This document shows positions 13,401 through 28,615 of a DNA stretch of 64,000 bases, one piece after another. Position 1 is the stretch's first letter, and every line of letters begins with the position of its first letter. The translations under genes and the position numbers were made by a program. Origin of the DNA: Octopus sinensis (Eukaryota); the NCBI RefSeq assembly GCF_006345805.1, contig NC_043010.1:5208001-5272000 (forward strand). Reading direction: 5' to 3'. Below the pieces are notes generated by a model. That model searched no databases and was not told the DNA's origin. It was given only the letters and a program-made list of their open reading frames with translations.

Positions 13401-14005
13401 TGTGTGTGCCTGTGTGTCTGTCGCCATATATATGTATGTATATGTATGTATATATATATATGTGTATATATATATATATATATCTATAAATATATATATG
13501 TATGTATGTATATATATGTATATATATATATGTTTATGTTTGTGTGTGTGTGTGTGTGTGTAGATGGATGTTAAGAGAGAGAGAGACATATGCATGGGAT
13601 GGAAGTGGGTGTAGGGACAAGGACAGAGATGCGTACATTGATAAATACAGAAATAGATGTGGTATACATATAAATGTAATTTGCATGTGTTTGTTCCTGT
13701 TCACTTCTCTGTGAAATATTGGATGACAAATACCACATGATGTAGCCGTTTTACATTTAGACTTGAAGCAGAAGAATTAGATTTGATAGATATCCCAAAA
13801 TTTTGCTTTGTTTTTGTTTGTTTTTTTTTTGGTTTTTTTTTTGGTTTTTTCTTTTCAAGCATATATACCCTGTTATTCCCAGACCATTTATTGCATTTAT
13901 TGTTGTATAGAAAATGATTGGCAATGATTTCAAATAATATTCTCACGGAGTATTATTGTCATTGTTGTTGTTGTTGCTATTATTACTATTATTACAATTA
14001 TTATT

Positions 14006-14036
<31 letters not shown>

Positions 14037-14351
14037 CCATCATAATTATTATTATTATTACTATGATGATGATGATAATGATGCTGATGATCATGATCAT
14101 CACCATCACCATCACCATTATTTGTCTCTTAATGAAAATTTTTCAAAAATAGGAAAACTCTTGCATGTTTCACTTAAGGAAAATTGAAAAATTAGAATAA
14201 TGTGTGTGTATACATACATATATGCTTATGTACATATGTATATATATATATATATATACATATATTATATATGTACATATATATATTATTATATATTATA
14301 TATTATATATATATATATAATATAATATATGTATATATATATATGTATATA

Positions 14352-14400
<49 letters not shown>

Positions 14401-15418
14401 ACATAAATGAATATATGTATATTTATGTAGATATATATGTATGTGTATATGTCTATATATACATGTATATGTAAACATACATACATATTATATATATGCA
14501 TCTACTATTGTCATCTTTCACAGATTTCGGTGATTAGGCTGTTGTCATAGAAGAAGCACCACTTTAAAGGATCTTAGTCCATCATATTGATTTCGATACT
14601 TATCTCTATCTGGTAATTATTTCATGAAACTCTCATTGTTAGACCGCTAAGTTGAAGAACATAGAGGAACACAACTTCAACAATAACACCAATTTCATAT
14701 CATCTTCATCTTCATCATCATCATCATCATAATCATCATCAGTAGCAGTAACAGCAGTATCATCATCATTGATCTTCATCATTGATTTAGCATCCACTAT
14801 TCCATGCTTGCATGGATTTGATGGAATATATCAAGGCAGATTTTCTTCAGCAGGAAGCCCTCCCTGTCACTAACCTTCATCTGTTTTCAAGAAGTGAGTA
14901 TTTTTCTCTGGCTAAACATGTTTTTTTTCAGAACATTGGAAATGAATGACACTGCTTGTATGACAGTGACACTCATTTACATCTACCATGTAATGTCAAG
15001 ACAAGGGAACAGAAACACACTCACACTTACACTCACACATACACACACACACACCACACACACACACACACACGCACACACACACACATGCACATGCACA
15101 CACACTCACACACAAATGTGTGGGTACTAAAAAGTTCATGGCTTTGAGGGTCTCAGAAAAAGCCTGGTTGGAGACCCAAATGTCTGAGTTCTTTTACAGG
15201 GCTTAGATAAACAGAAGGACAGCTGCAGTAAATGTTTGAATCTGAGAGGGGGGGAATATATTGAGTAATGGATCTTCACATGGAGAAGTTGTGTCAACTC
15301 TGTACAGCCCCACATGGGAGTCGCTGTCTCACATGTACTACCAACTGCATTGGAAGAAGCACCAGTCTGAGCTACTGCTTTTTACTTTCTTGGCACGTGC
15401 TTTTCTTATATGCATGTA

Positions 15419-15474
<56 letters not shown>

Positions 15475-15511
15475 CCTACCTACCTACCTTCCTACCTACC
15501 TACCTACCTAC

Positions 15512-15574
<63 letters not shown>

Positions 15575-15583
15575 CCTACCTAT

Positions 15584-15940
15584 GGTCTGCCCTACGAGTT
15601 TTACAATTGTATGCCAGACTTGTTTGGAGACGTCTTGGCAGCGGTATACTGCAACTGGCAGCAAAACGGGAGCATACCCAGTTTTGTGAGTCGAGGAGCC
15701 GTAACGCTGCTGAAGAAAGATCCAAACAAGGGGAACATTATAGATAACTTTAGACCAATCACTCTGTTCAATGCAGACCTGAACATTTTGACAAAGGTGT
15801 TAGCCAAGAGGTTGGTGCTTGTCATCGAGAAACTGGTCGACAACGCACAAACGTGCACCATGCCGGGCTGGAGCATCCATGACAACCTCCATCTGATGCG
15901 CTACATCATAGACAGAGTAGTTAAGGAACCTGGCATGGGT
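15584..15940 (+). pseudogene. L1/Tx1-clade LINE reverse transcriptase N-terminal fragment
   Basis: GLPYEFY...[11 protein letters not shown]...[23 protein letters not shown]...[14 protein letters not shown]. Confidence 0.85.
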
Positions 15941-16048
15941 CTAAGAATAAAGTATGAAATGATTTACTAAGAGCATCTTCACATGTGTTTCTGTGGCAAT
16001 TACACAATGACTATTTAGAATTATTCTTACACATTTTTAGAGAGTGAG

Positions 16049-16098
<50 letters not shown>

Positions 16099-16699
16099 GA
16101 GAGAGAGAGTGAGCAAGGAGACAAGAGAGAAAGACAGAGAAAGCATCTATAACATTCTTGGATGATACCGAAAGCATTTATATGGGACCACAAAATTGCA
16201 TTCAAGTGTCAATATTACCAAATGAAAAGTGACATCCGAGTTATCCCAGTGAAAGACAGTAATGTTATTCAGTAAAAGAAATCCATAAACCTTAAATTGT
16301 ATGCTAGGTATTATAAGCTACCTTAAAATTCTTGGGTAACTATAGATAGTAAGCTGGGAATTAGAAAGAAGAGCCACTATCTACAAAGTGCTAATGTCAT
16401 GTATCATAAAGTATACGTACATGTATCTCCTGGGTGAATACTTATCATAACATACTTAACCTTTTCAAATCAGTCTAGTTTCAGATTCACCACATTTGCT
16501 TGATGTGAGGTTTCCGAAAATATCATCATCATCATCATCATCATCATCATTTAGCATCCGTTGTCCATACTGGCATGGTTTGGACTGCTGCAATATGTGC
16601 ATGAATCTCAGAATGGAATATGATGAATAAAATTATAATTGATTCTTCTGTATTTTCTTGTACCCAAAAGCCAAGAACTTTTCAGGACCTCCACGTAGA

Positions 16700-17245
16700 T
16701 GTGGAAAACATCAAAGCGAATAAATCAAGGATTACTGGACAGGCCAAGACTGGTTTTGGTGAGGTCGAACATATTTTATCAAATAAATGGTTATCAATAA
16801 GAATGAGACAAAGTCTCCAAAAAGTTTACATCAAACATATCCTTACATATAGTTTGTGATTTGGGGGGGTCATCAACAAACAAGTGCAAAAACTCATCAA
16901 TGCTGCAAGGATGTGGTTCTTTGGAAGAATGCTGATCATGTCTTATACAGAGAGAGTGAGAAAGTAACAAACATTAAGACCCTGAGACAAGCAAAGACCA
17001 CCAGAAAGTTCCTTAACTGTATAAGGAGGCAACTGGTTTGGTTCAGTGGACATGATATGGGAAAGAAAAGACTCTGTGACAATCAGGAAGGCTGAAAGGA
17101 AGAAGAATCCAAGGAAGAAAGAGAATAAATAATACTCAATGGTTTTACATGATGGCTTTTCAAAGACTGGGTCAATAAGTGCTAAGTTGTGTGTATGACA
17201 AGGGAACATGTAGGCACCTGATTGCTAATGTCAAGGTATAGCACA
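16700..17245 (+). pseudogene. RTE-clade LINE C-terminal fragment
   Basis: SRITGQAKTGFGEVEHILSNKWLSIRMR..KVYIKHILTYS and RRQLVWFSGHDM, with frameshifts. Confidence 0.7.
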
Positions 17246-17544
17246 TGAAGAGAGGTGAGAGAGAGAGAGAGAGGGAAAGAGAGAGAGATAGAGAGGGAGT
17301 GAGGGAGAGAGGGAAAGGGAGAGGTCCATTGTTGGATGTCTCCCATTTCATGCCTGACTTGTTATTGCCTCTATGCTTACTTGACAATGACTGGATATTT
17401 GGTCAAACTTAATATTCCTTTTCCCCGGCTGAGTGTAAAGGAAAATGCTACAGCCATATATATATGTATATGTATATATGAGTGTGCGTATACATATTTA
17501 TATATATATAAATATCCACACACACACACATATATATGTATGTA

Positions 17545-17599
<55 letters not shown>

Positions 17600-17603
17600 A
17601 TCA

Positions 17604-17669
<66 letters not shown>

Positions 17670-17959
17670 ATATATATATATATATATATATACTCTCTTT
17701 TACTCTTTTATTTGTTTCAGTCATTTGACTGCAGCCATGCTGGAGCACTGCCTTTAGTCAAGCAAATCGACCCCAGGATTTATTCTTTGTAAGCCTAGTA
17801 CTTATTCTATCCATATATTTTGCCGAACCACTAAGTTACAGGGATGTAAACACACCAGCATCGGTTGTCAAGCGATGTTTGGGGAACAAACACAGACCCA
17901 CAAACACACACATATATATATATGTGTGAATGAAGATTCGAATTTAGCACAGAGTGTTC

Positions 17960-17998
17960 TTCACTGAAGTGAAATCTGGTTGAAACACGTGTATCTGA
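17960..17998 (+). ncRNA. Degenerate hammerhead-like motif
   Basis: ttca CTGAAGT gaaatctggtt GAAA cacgtg TA; palindromic stem III ACACGTGT but weak stems I and II. Confidence 0.3.
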
Positions 17999-20123
17999 TG
18001 ATCTACTGATACTTTATGTGAGCTCTGTGTTTTTGACAAAAAAGTTTCTTAAAAAAGTTTCTCTGAGATAAAATATTTAATCTAATGCTGTTGTGTTTTT
18101 GTATATATAGCATAAATGTTATATGCATCATTATTTTGATTTTATACTATTTCTAAAGCATGTGTGTATAAGTATCTGTATACACACACACACACAATTA
18201 CACAAGTTTGTGTGTGTGTATGTAATGATGTTCACATTACATCATGAAATATGATGTGTGTACTACTGTTTGGCAAATTTACTTCAAACTTTTCAATTTT
18301 AATCCCAATTAACTTTTTCATAATATTATTATATTCCGGAGTTCATCTCCGTTGCAGCAATTGACTAAAATTTTCAGCTTCAGCTGGAGAAACAAACTCA
18401 CTTCCCTCTAACAAAAGAAGAAAAAAAAAATAATTAAATAAAAAAAAAAAAAAGAAAAGAAAATTTATCAATTTCAGATTCCTTCAAAAACTAAAACCTG
18501 CAGCAAATAATTTGGAAGAAACCCAACATTGATAACATGATACGCCATTTTCTTTTTTAGTTAAACAGGTGTCAATGTCTCTGAAGAGATGCTGATTATA
18601 TTTTTTTACTTCTTTCTTCTTTCATTTCTTTCTGTTTTTCTTACTTTCATTTATTTGTTTATTTATTTAATTTTGTAATCATTTTCAAATCAGCTGGATT
18701 TTCTTTCTTAAAAAATAGCAGAATAGAAATTCAAATACCATTAGGGTATTTGTTAATATTCTTAGTGATTATTACATTTTCACATGTTTATCTAATTTTG
18801 TATTTAATGATACCGTTTTGTTTATTTGTTACTTTGTTTATTTTAGTTTAGCAAAATAGTATTAGACCTCAAATATTTATAAAAGTATTAGGTAGGAAGA
18901 ATTTGGGAATGTGGTACAAAATAAAATTTATAAAAAAATGATCAAATGTCTGAAAACATTAGACTTTCACATTGAAGATATCAAATGGTAAACATAATTC
19001 CTAATTTTCATACTAGATTCAGATATGATTCAATTCATTTCAGCGATTCTTTGAAACAACACCAAAATAAGACAAACTAAGTAAACAATTCATTTGTTTA
19101 TTTTATATTATCTACCGACAGATGATAAAAGGATTCCGGTAGAAACTCAAAATAAATAGTAAATGAAGAAAGTAACATTTTTTTTCCCCTGTTAGTACAT
19201 ACATCTAATGAAGTCTATCAACCATATCTAATTACTGATTGCTGTCATAGATTTTATATAATTGAAATGAAAAAGGAAAAAAACCAGTGGAACATATTCT
19301 TCTCACATTTGCTCGTAGTCTAGTTTATTTGTGTGAAATACAATGAATCGAGCAAATGATGAGAACACAGCACAGAGACAAGATATATATCGACTTGTTA
19401 TATATCTAAAGAGACAGAAAAAACACTGGTGAATTATGAATGCATTTAGAGATATCACGGCTTCTGTCATGGCATCATACATTAACTTAATTTACCAAGT
19501 TAGTATTGAAAGTTTTTATCTCACAGATGGATGTTGAAAGGGAATGCGTGAAAATGGTAATGCAACCCTTTAATTTACTAACATAAATGCTCCTGTTTAT
19601 GTAAATAGCCACTTCTCTGTCTTTTCCTGTATAGCGTTTGATGTCTATGTAAATAGCTATTTTTCCTCTTTATTATGAAAATTGAAATTTCACTATAATT
19701 GGTTTTATGACTAGTTTCTTTTCCCAAGAATCTCTCATGCACTGCAACAACAAGAATAAATTCTATAATTTCTAATATCAAATGAACTAAAAAAAAATAT
19801 AAAACAAAGAATATGAAAAAAGATCGGAGATAATTCTCCTAAAGTATGTATAACATATCTGTAATGACAGAGGCCTTTCTAATGATTTTTAAACCATAGA
19901 TTTTTGTACAAGAACGGCATGACGTGATGCTTCAACAATATTGGCAGCAATACCTACAATATCTTTACCCAGTGATCACATGGAGAAAATGGATCAGCTA
20001 ATTCAGTTGCTTGCATGCATTTCCAGAGCCATTATTTTTCACAGTTGTATATATATATACATGTATAAGAGTGTTTGTGTGCGTGTGTGTGTTTGCATGT
20101 ATATATGTTTGTATGTAAGTATG

Positions 20124-20168
<45 letters not shown>

Positions 20169-20233
20169 GTATGTATATATACATATATATATATGTGTCT
20201 ATATATGTGTCTGTGTGTGCGTATTTTGATATA

Positions 20234-20268
<35 letters not shown>

Positions 20269-20911
20269 TTGTATGTATGTATATATATTTATATATATTC
20301 ATGTATGTTAAGTAATGAATGACAGAAAAGCGTGTGTTATGTAATTAGCCTAATGCCGTTTCTGCTACAAGAAGCATTGCACACGAAACTGAGCACTTGT
20401 GCGACATCCTATAGTTTCTTCAGAGACATTAATAGTCAAAACAGCTGTAAGCTAATGAAGATGAGCATTTAACTCTTATTCCTTTGTCAGTCATCATCGT
20501 CCTCATCATCGTTTAACGTTCGCTTTCCTCGCTAGCATGGGTTAGACGATTTGACTGAGGTCTGGTGAACCAGATGGCTGCACCAGGCTCCAGTCTGATC
20601 TGGCAGAGTTTCTACAGCTGGACGCCCTAATTAATACTACATTCTGTACTTATGCTATTGCTTTACTCTTAAGCATATGTATATTGAGTTCTAGCAACTA
20701 GTTATTTGTATCACTATGCCTAAGCGTAATAATAATATACCTAATTAAATCGGACTTAATAGATTTCAGCTTCATAGGACTCTACATCACACTCCTATGT
20801 ATTGGTTTACTATGTGGTTTGTAGCCTGGTCCACTAAAGGAGCTTTTTAGTGATTACCACTGGATTATATAAATCCATATATATATACATTATATATCAT
20901 AAATATGTATA

Positions 20912-20969
<58 letters not shown>

Positions 20970-21094
20970 GTAGTATGTATATGTAATATACATATGCATA
21001 AATAAATAAATGCACCCTTTTAAAGCCTAGCCAGCTCATGGCTCGGTTTCCCAGTTTCAATGGCATATGCATTCCCCAGCTGGAATACATATGA

Positions 21095-21262
21095 TCCTGA
21101 TGATGATGATGATGAAGAGGAGGAGGAGGAGGAAGAGGAGGAGGAGGAGGCAGAGGAGGAGGAAGAGGAGGATGTTAATGGTGGTGTTGATGGTGAAGAT
21201 GATGGTGATGGTGATGACAACAGTGACGACAACAATGACGACAATGGCGACGGCAACAATGG

Positions 21263-21299
<37 letters not shown>

Positions 21300-21490
21300 A
21301 ATGATGATGATGCTGATGATGGTAATGAAAATGGTGACGATGATGATGAGGATGATAGCAATAAAGACGATGACGATGATGATGATGATGATGGTAGTGA
21401 CAATGGTGATGATGATGACGATGATAATGATGATAGCAATAATGATGAGAATGATGATGATGATGATGATGAGGATGAGGATGATGATAA
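21095..21490. repeat. (GAT)/(GAG)/(GAC) trinucleotide low-complexity tract
   Basis: Direct reading. Confidence 0.9.
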
Positions 21491-22484
21491 CATATCGGCA
21501 GTCATGGTTGTAAAGAAATAATTATCTAATTTAAGCCATTAACTTACACTTACTACTCACATCTTTCTTCGTATTTGTGACACTTCTCCTTTTCTCTATT
21601 TCTTGATTTTCTTACTTTTTTTTTTATTTCTCTTCGCTAAAACCTATTATCCCTTATTCTTTCCATTTATTTACATCTTCCTCGTACAATCTCCAAACTT
21701 GCCCCTCCAAATACATCATTAGTATAATGTTTGCATTTCTCAAATGATTCTAATTTTGTTTATCCAATCAAACCATAATTTCATATTTAACCAAACGTAG
21801 TTTGTTTGTTATTTACTTTTTTTTTTTGCAGTGGATTTCTTTTCTTTTTCTTTCTTTCTTTCTTTCTTTTTGTTTTGGAAAGGCAAATTTTCATAAGAAA
21901 CCTTACTTTTGCTTGTTAAAAACATGCCATAACAACACACATTTATTACAGACCAATAAAATTTTAGTGACAGGCCAGACAAATTTGACTGGCAGCTTAG
22001 ATATAGACAGCAGATTTCACTCTATTTACAGCCATTCCTCTTCATCGTGAAGACAGCTTCTGAACCGCATAGAAAATAAATGAGAGATAACCACAATAAT
22101 TTTTGTTTCAATTTTGATTTTTTCTTTTATGTTATAGACGATAAAACTGTTTCCAAAAATTATGGTTTCACTTTATCTTAATTTTAGAATATTTCCATCT
22201 AAGAAAGCCCCATGGCTAGAAGCAAAACTGCATAGTAAAGAAGTTTGCCTTATAAGTATTTGATTCCTGACCGAAATTTCGCTGTGCAGCAAATCAGATG
22301 TGTTTTCAACTGTATTTCTTCTGGGGTTTGACCAATGACTTGTGAAAGATACATAGTTGACAGAAACTGTGAGGAAAAGCATAGTGTTTGTTTGTGTGGA
22401 TATGTATATATATATAAAACTCTTACTCAGAGTTTCACATTCCCATTCGTCAGATACACACACACACATTTATATATCATCATC

Positions 22485-22870
22485 ATCATCATTTTGCATC
22501 CGCTTTCCATGCCAGCATGGGTTGGACGGTTCAACTGGGGTCTGGGAAGCCAGAAGGCTGCACCAGGCCCAGTCTGATCTGGCAATGTTTCTATGGCTGG
22601 ATGCCCTTCCTAACGCCAACCACTCCGTGAGTGTAGTGGGTACTTTTTACGTACCACCTGCACAGGTGCCAGACGAGGCTGGCAAACAGCCACGGTCGGA
22701 TGGTGCTTTTTACGTGCCAGACGGGGCTGGCAAACGGCCATGGTCGGATGGTGCTTTTTACGTGCCACCAGCACGGAGGCCAGTCGGGGCAGCGCTGGCA
22801 ACAGCCACGATCGGATGGTTCGCTTACGTGCCACCGGCACTGGTATCACAGCTGCAATTTCCATTGATGT
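22485..22870 (-). mobile_element. Short retroposon with (GAT)n tail (family 4), including a ~45-55 bp internal triplication
   Basis: Shared segment GGCGTTAGGAAGGGCATCCAGC...CCCATGC..GCATGGAAAGCGGA; similar copies at 20490-20630, 31022-31213 and 1520-1625. Confidence 0.65.
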
Positions 22871-24249
22871 TGATCGACTTTTATTTTGGTTCTGATTTTG
22901 ATTATATATATATATGTATGCATGTATGTATGTATGTATGTATGTATCATTATCATCACCATCATTTAACTTCCATTTTCCTGGCATGGGTTTTAAGAGC
23001 TGACAGGAGCAGGTGAGGCTGGCAGAGTCACACCAAGCTACACTGTCTGTTTTGGCATGGTTTCTATGACTGGAAGCCCTTCCTAATGCCAACCACCTTA
23101 CAGAGTGAAGTGGGTGCTCTTTTATGTGGCACGATGCCTACTCTAACCTTTCATCAGATATCATAAAATGTTTCCTGTCCCTATGGTAGTTCCACTCATT
23201 CAATAGGGGATCTTAGTCGTATAAGCTATATCACAACATCACTTGTGCCTGTATAACGAAAATATTTACCCCTACACTCTGTAAAGTGGTTGGTATTAAG
23301 AAGGGCATCCAGCCATAGAAACCATGTCAATGTCGACTTTGAGAGTGCAATGCAATTATTCAAACTGTGAGTTATTGTCAGACCATCTAATCCATGCCAG
23401 AATAGGAGATGAATGTTAAAAGACAATGAAGAAGTGGAGGGGGAAAAATGATGGTGATGACATCCTGCCCACACATACACATATATATACAAACATTTTT
23501 TTCTCTCAAAAGTTTTGTAAATAATTCTGTGAGTTGCCAGAATCGCTGTAACATTAGATAAAAGGCTTTGTGTTATTAGATTTTTCTATATGCTTTGATC
23601 ATCTCACAGACTATATTATTAGACATCCTATCCTAATTTTATCTCATCCATTGCTGAGGTGTGGAAACCATTTTATATTTCAAGACCTACATTGAATTCA
23701 GTGTAATGTAATAAGACTGCATTTAAAGCCTTGTAATTAAGAAGTTTGCTTTGAAACCATGCCGTTTCAAGTTCGATCCCACTGCATGACATCTTGCTTA
23801 GGTTTAAGTTTCTTCTACTGTAGCCTCGGGATAACAAATGCTTTGTGAGTGGGAATTCGCTGAAGGAAACTATATGAAAGCCTGTCATATATATTCGTGT
23901 GTATGTGTATGTGTGTGTGTGTGTGTGTGTGCACCTGCATGCATGCATGTATGCATGTGTGTGAGTCTGTGTCTATGCTTGTGTATAGCAGTGCGTACGT
24001 ATGTGTTGAGTTGCAGCCTGTTACTTAAAGAGATAAACTTGGAAGTTTAGCAAAGGAGACTGATAAAATAAGTATTAGGTTTTAAAAAAAGTCCTGGGAT
24101 CGAATTGTTTGACTAAAACCCTTCAAGGCAGTGCCCCAGCATGGCTGCAGTCAAATGATTAAGACAAGTAAAAACTAAAAGATAAAAAATATCCATTCTG
24201 TTGAGATTAATAAAATAAGTAAGAAACTGAAGAACTGAAGTTAATAAGA

Positions 24250-24405
24250 TGCCTTAAAAGTGATGGTGTCAAGCCAGCGGGTTCTTGGTCGGCCTCTTCC
24301 TCTCTTGCCACTGACCATTCCGAGCATGATGTCCTTCTCCAGGGATTCTCTCTGCATAATATGACCGAAATATGCCAATCTACGCTTGGTGATCCCAGCT
24401 TCTAG
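24250..24405 (-). pseudogene. RTE (BovB-like) LINE 3' fragment
   Basis: KRRLAYFGHIMQRESLEKDIMLGMVSGKRGRGRPRTRWLDTI. Confidence 0.85.
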
Positions 24406-25264
24406 TAAACACAAGCAATGTATTCAGTGCATTCTGGGTAGTTGAGCTTTGTGAGTTGTCACTGGGGCCACGTTTTTTTGCATTACAAGCAGAACCTTTG
24501 ACTGATCACTGATCCATATTATCACAGGTGAATCTATGTTAACTGTAGCATGATCCACAATTGAGCATACTGTGTTAATCCTGGATCAGTAGTGAATGAG
24601 TCAGGCTACATGTGCTTCATTTGATGAATGCTAGTGTCATTTCTTACACATCACTAATGAATCAATCATTGATTCAGTGCATTTCTCACAATGACAGTGA
24701 CACTCTATTGTCTGCACAACTCAGCAGCAGGATTTACAAGGGAGGGAGTGCTGGAGGTGTATCATACCTGGGTCTGATAATTTCCTTTGAAGAAGATAAG
24801 CATTCACAGAATAGAAAGAAACTTTGTACCTCTAGATAAAATTCTCCTCTGATATCCTGCTTGGCAAAACAAATATCACACGAGGTTCTTGTATCAAAGA
24901 AAACTGTAAATAATAGCATATTGAAAATCCCTTTTGGACAGAAAAAGTCAAAGACTGCACATAGGTTTCAAATCTCCAATAGACAAGACAGGCATTCTAC
25001 TGTTGTCTCTATGCTGGTTTCAACTTTTTCTATCCAAAAGAGATTTTCAGTTCAATATTTATATGCTATTGTTTATAGCTTTATATGCTTCAAAATCCAG
25101 TGTTCCGAAAACGAATTATTTCATGTTATCTAGAAAGTTTGTAAATTTTTGTGAAGTCATCATCAACATGGTATTTATATTTAAAAGTTATTTTCTCTGT
25201 TAACCAGTCACTGATATTGCTGCACCTATTATGTGTCCACAGCTTAAACTGAGCACATCTTATG

Positions 25265-26015
25265 GAGTTTCTACCTATCCCTTTTCTACAGATCAAGCAA
25301 GGCCAACTGCCTGAAGGGATTTGTGATTTGTCTGCCTATCCTACTTATATTACTTTGGTTTTTGCCCTTCGATTCTAGTCCGTTCTTCCATGCATGAAAC
25401 TTCTTTAGTTCTTGTAGTGATTCAGCTATAAAAACAAGATCATCAGTATAGAGGAGCTCCCAGGGGCAACCTGTCTTAAATTTCTCTGTTATTGCTTGGA
25501 GGGCTATGATGAACAAGAGGGTGTTGAGGACTGATCCTATGCGAACTCCTACTTGTACCTTCAATTCTTCACTGTACTCGTTTCCAACTTTCACCTTACT
25601 GGTAGTATCCCTGTACATGGCTTGTACAGCTCTCATCAGCCACTCATCAATCCTTAGTTTCTGCATTTACTACCAGATAAGGGATCGGGGGACCCTGTCA
25701 AAGGTTTTCTCCAAGTCAGCAGAAGCCAAGTACGGAGGTTTGTCTTTGGCTATGTATTTCTCTTGCAGCTACCTTACCAGAAATATAGCATTAGTAGTGC
25801 TACTACCTGGCATAAAACCAAACAGCATCTCATCTAGACAAACTCTCTTCTTATTTGGTTGGGCTATGACCCTCACTGTAACTTTCATCACCTGATCCAA
25901 CAATTTGATACCTTTGTAACATTTTCTATCTAAGGCATCACCTTTACCTTTGTAGCAGTTGACTATGGTGCTGCTACACCAGTCATTGGGTATGACTTCT
26001 TCATGAGCCACCTAA
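25265..26015 (-). pseudogene. RTE-clade LINE reverse transcriptase fragment
   Basis: IPNDWCSSTIVNCYKGKGDALD...YKGIKLL; FGFMPGSSTTNAIF; GVRIGSVL..LLF; LLYTDDLV. Confidence 0.9.
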
Positions 26016-26569
26016 TTTACATAATGTGGTGATCAAAATTGTCTGGAACAGGATAACAAAAGAGAATATACCTACAGACAAATTTTACCGTATTGAGACC
26101 AATGGATCAAAAGAGTATTGGTGAAACTTACAAATTAAAACAGCCATCGATTTAAAACAGAACCAGCCAGATATTATCAGGACCACAAGGAAAAGACATA
26201 TTCCATTGAGAAATTGAGAAATTCTCTCCCTCACACACACACACACACATACATCAACACACAACTTCTCTCTCTCCCTCACACACACACTTTCGCTTGG
26301 CTATGGCTAGAAGGGACTTAACTCATGTTAGCAACCTTCAAAATTGGTAAAAGCTATTGTTGAAAATAGATTTTTACCGCTCTCCGCGGGTGCCTCCGGA
26401 AAAAATAAGTTGGCAAAACCCAGCTAGGATGGTGACGAATGTCCTCCTAAAATTGGAGTGACATGTGTGCTAATTTGTGGAGGTGCATAAATTACATTCA
26501 TGTACACACACACGCACACACACACACATCCTACCTTTTATAGATACAGTTTTGAAAGAGCAAGGGAGC

Positions 26570-27055
26570 ATACATACATACATACATACATTCATACATA
26601 CATACATACATACATACATACATACATACATACATACATACATACATACATGCATGCATACATATAAATAAACAGACAGACATGTATGCATGCATGCATA
26701 CATGCATACATTCATGCACATACACATACATATGCACACCCACAGGCCATACATACATACATACATACATACATACATACATACATACATTCATACATAC
26801 ATATATGCATGCATACATACATACAGATAGACAGACAGACATGTATGCGTGCATACAAACATACATGCATACATTCATGCACATACACATACATATACAC
26901 ACACAGTCACATACATACATATACATACATACATTCATACATACATACATATTTACATGCATACATACATACATACATACATACATACATACATACATAC
27001 ATACCTACATACATGCATACATACATATATACATATATACATGCATACATATGAA
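26570..27055. repeat. (TACA)n compound microsatellite
   Basis: Direct reading. Confidence 0.9.
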
Positions 27056-28199
27056 TGAACGGTCTTATCCATATTTTGGGGACAATGTGCAGAATAATTA
27101 TTTGTAAATGCTTTGCCTGCTCAATACTCTTCTACTACTTTTGAAGAACTGAAAATATTTTACTGATTATTAAACATTATAAATGTATGTTTTTCATTAT
27201 CAATGTGCAATGCTGTTACATTTCACAGCAGTTTTTCTTCAAATAAATGGAAAATTTTAAAGACTACTACAATGTTACATTGTTTCTGAATTTTCCAAAA
27301 TACAAAACTATTAACAAAAGGTTTGTGAGAAAAATATGAATTGTACTATATCTCTGGATAATTCTGCATTCTTTGAAGACAATACAGAAAATAAAAGAAC
27401 TTTTGATGGAGAAATTTTTAAAAAATAAAGATATTAAAAGAAGAATAAAGCTTAATCAGAAAGGTTCACTAAATGGTGAGTAAAGAAAAGACAATTTTAA
27501 TAAACGTGATGCATGATAGTAAAAGAATTAAAAAATATGGAAGCAAACTAGTTAAAAACAAGCATAAATATAAACAAAATTAAAGAATATGTGGACACAG
27601 ATCAACTTTTGACTAACTTTGGGAATGCATTAACAGACAAAATAAATGAAATGCCTTATTTCAAGTAAAGTAAACAACTTCTACATTATCAATGGTTTCA
27701 TGCAAGAATATAATGATATTCTATTATTATAGAATTGAATTTACTCAAGTAAAAAAATAAATACAATTTCTGGAATTACTGCTGAGTAGAGTGAATATTA
27801 ATTTTATTTTTAACTGATTTATATCACAATGTGTTCGCAATGCCATCTTTAGGTACTGGTTTCCTACAGACAAATCATTGGGTTGCTAGATTTTTAAAGG
27901 TAAAAATTACAGGTAATACATATAACATAGTGCAGAATAAATTAATGGAGGAAACTCTGTATCAAAGAATAATGATTCTTGTTCATGATGATATTTTTTT
28001 ATTACTGTTTTGTGGTTAAGAATCTTCCTTTGCAACTATATGGTTTTGGGTTCAGTCCCACTGCATGGCATCATGAGCAAGTGTCTTTTACTATATCCTC
28101 CAACCTGATCAATGCCTTGTGAGTGGATTTGGTAGATGGAAACTATAAAGGGAGCCTGTCATTTATGTATGTATGTATGTATATATATATAAACATATA

Positions 28200-28615
28200 T
28201 GGCTGTGGTAAGTAAGTAGCTTGCTTACCAACCACATGGTTCCGGGTTCAGTCCCACTGCATGGCACCTTAGGTAAGTGTCTTCTACTATAACCTCGAGC
28301 CGACCAAAGCCTTGTGAGTGGATTTGGTGGACAGAAACTGAAAGAAGCCCATCATATATATGTATGTATGTGTGTGTGTGTGTGTGTGTGTTGTGTGTGT
28401 ATGTTAGTGTGTCTGTGTTTGTCCCCCGCAACATCGCTTGACAACCGATGCTGGTGTGTTTACATCCCAAAAACTTAGCGGTTCGGCAAAGAAGACTGAT
28501 AGATTAAGTACTCGGCTTACACAGAATAAGTCCTGGGGTCTATTTGCTCGACTAAAGGCGGTGCTCCAGCATGGCCACAGTCAAATGACTGAAGCAAGTA
28601 AAAGAGTAAAAGAGT
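28200..28615 (+). mobile_element. Family-2 SINE
   Basis: Same layout as 10322-10745. Confidence 0.85.

Noticed and set aside
23140-23180. CTGATGA on the minus strand with an upstream GAAAC
   Set aside because: No consistent stems; another isolated CTGATGA at ~11064 also lacks partners
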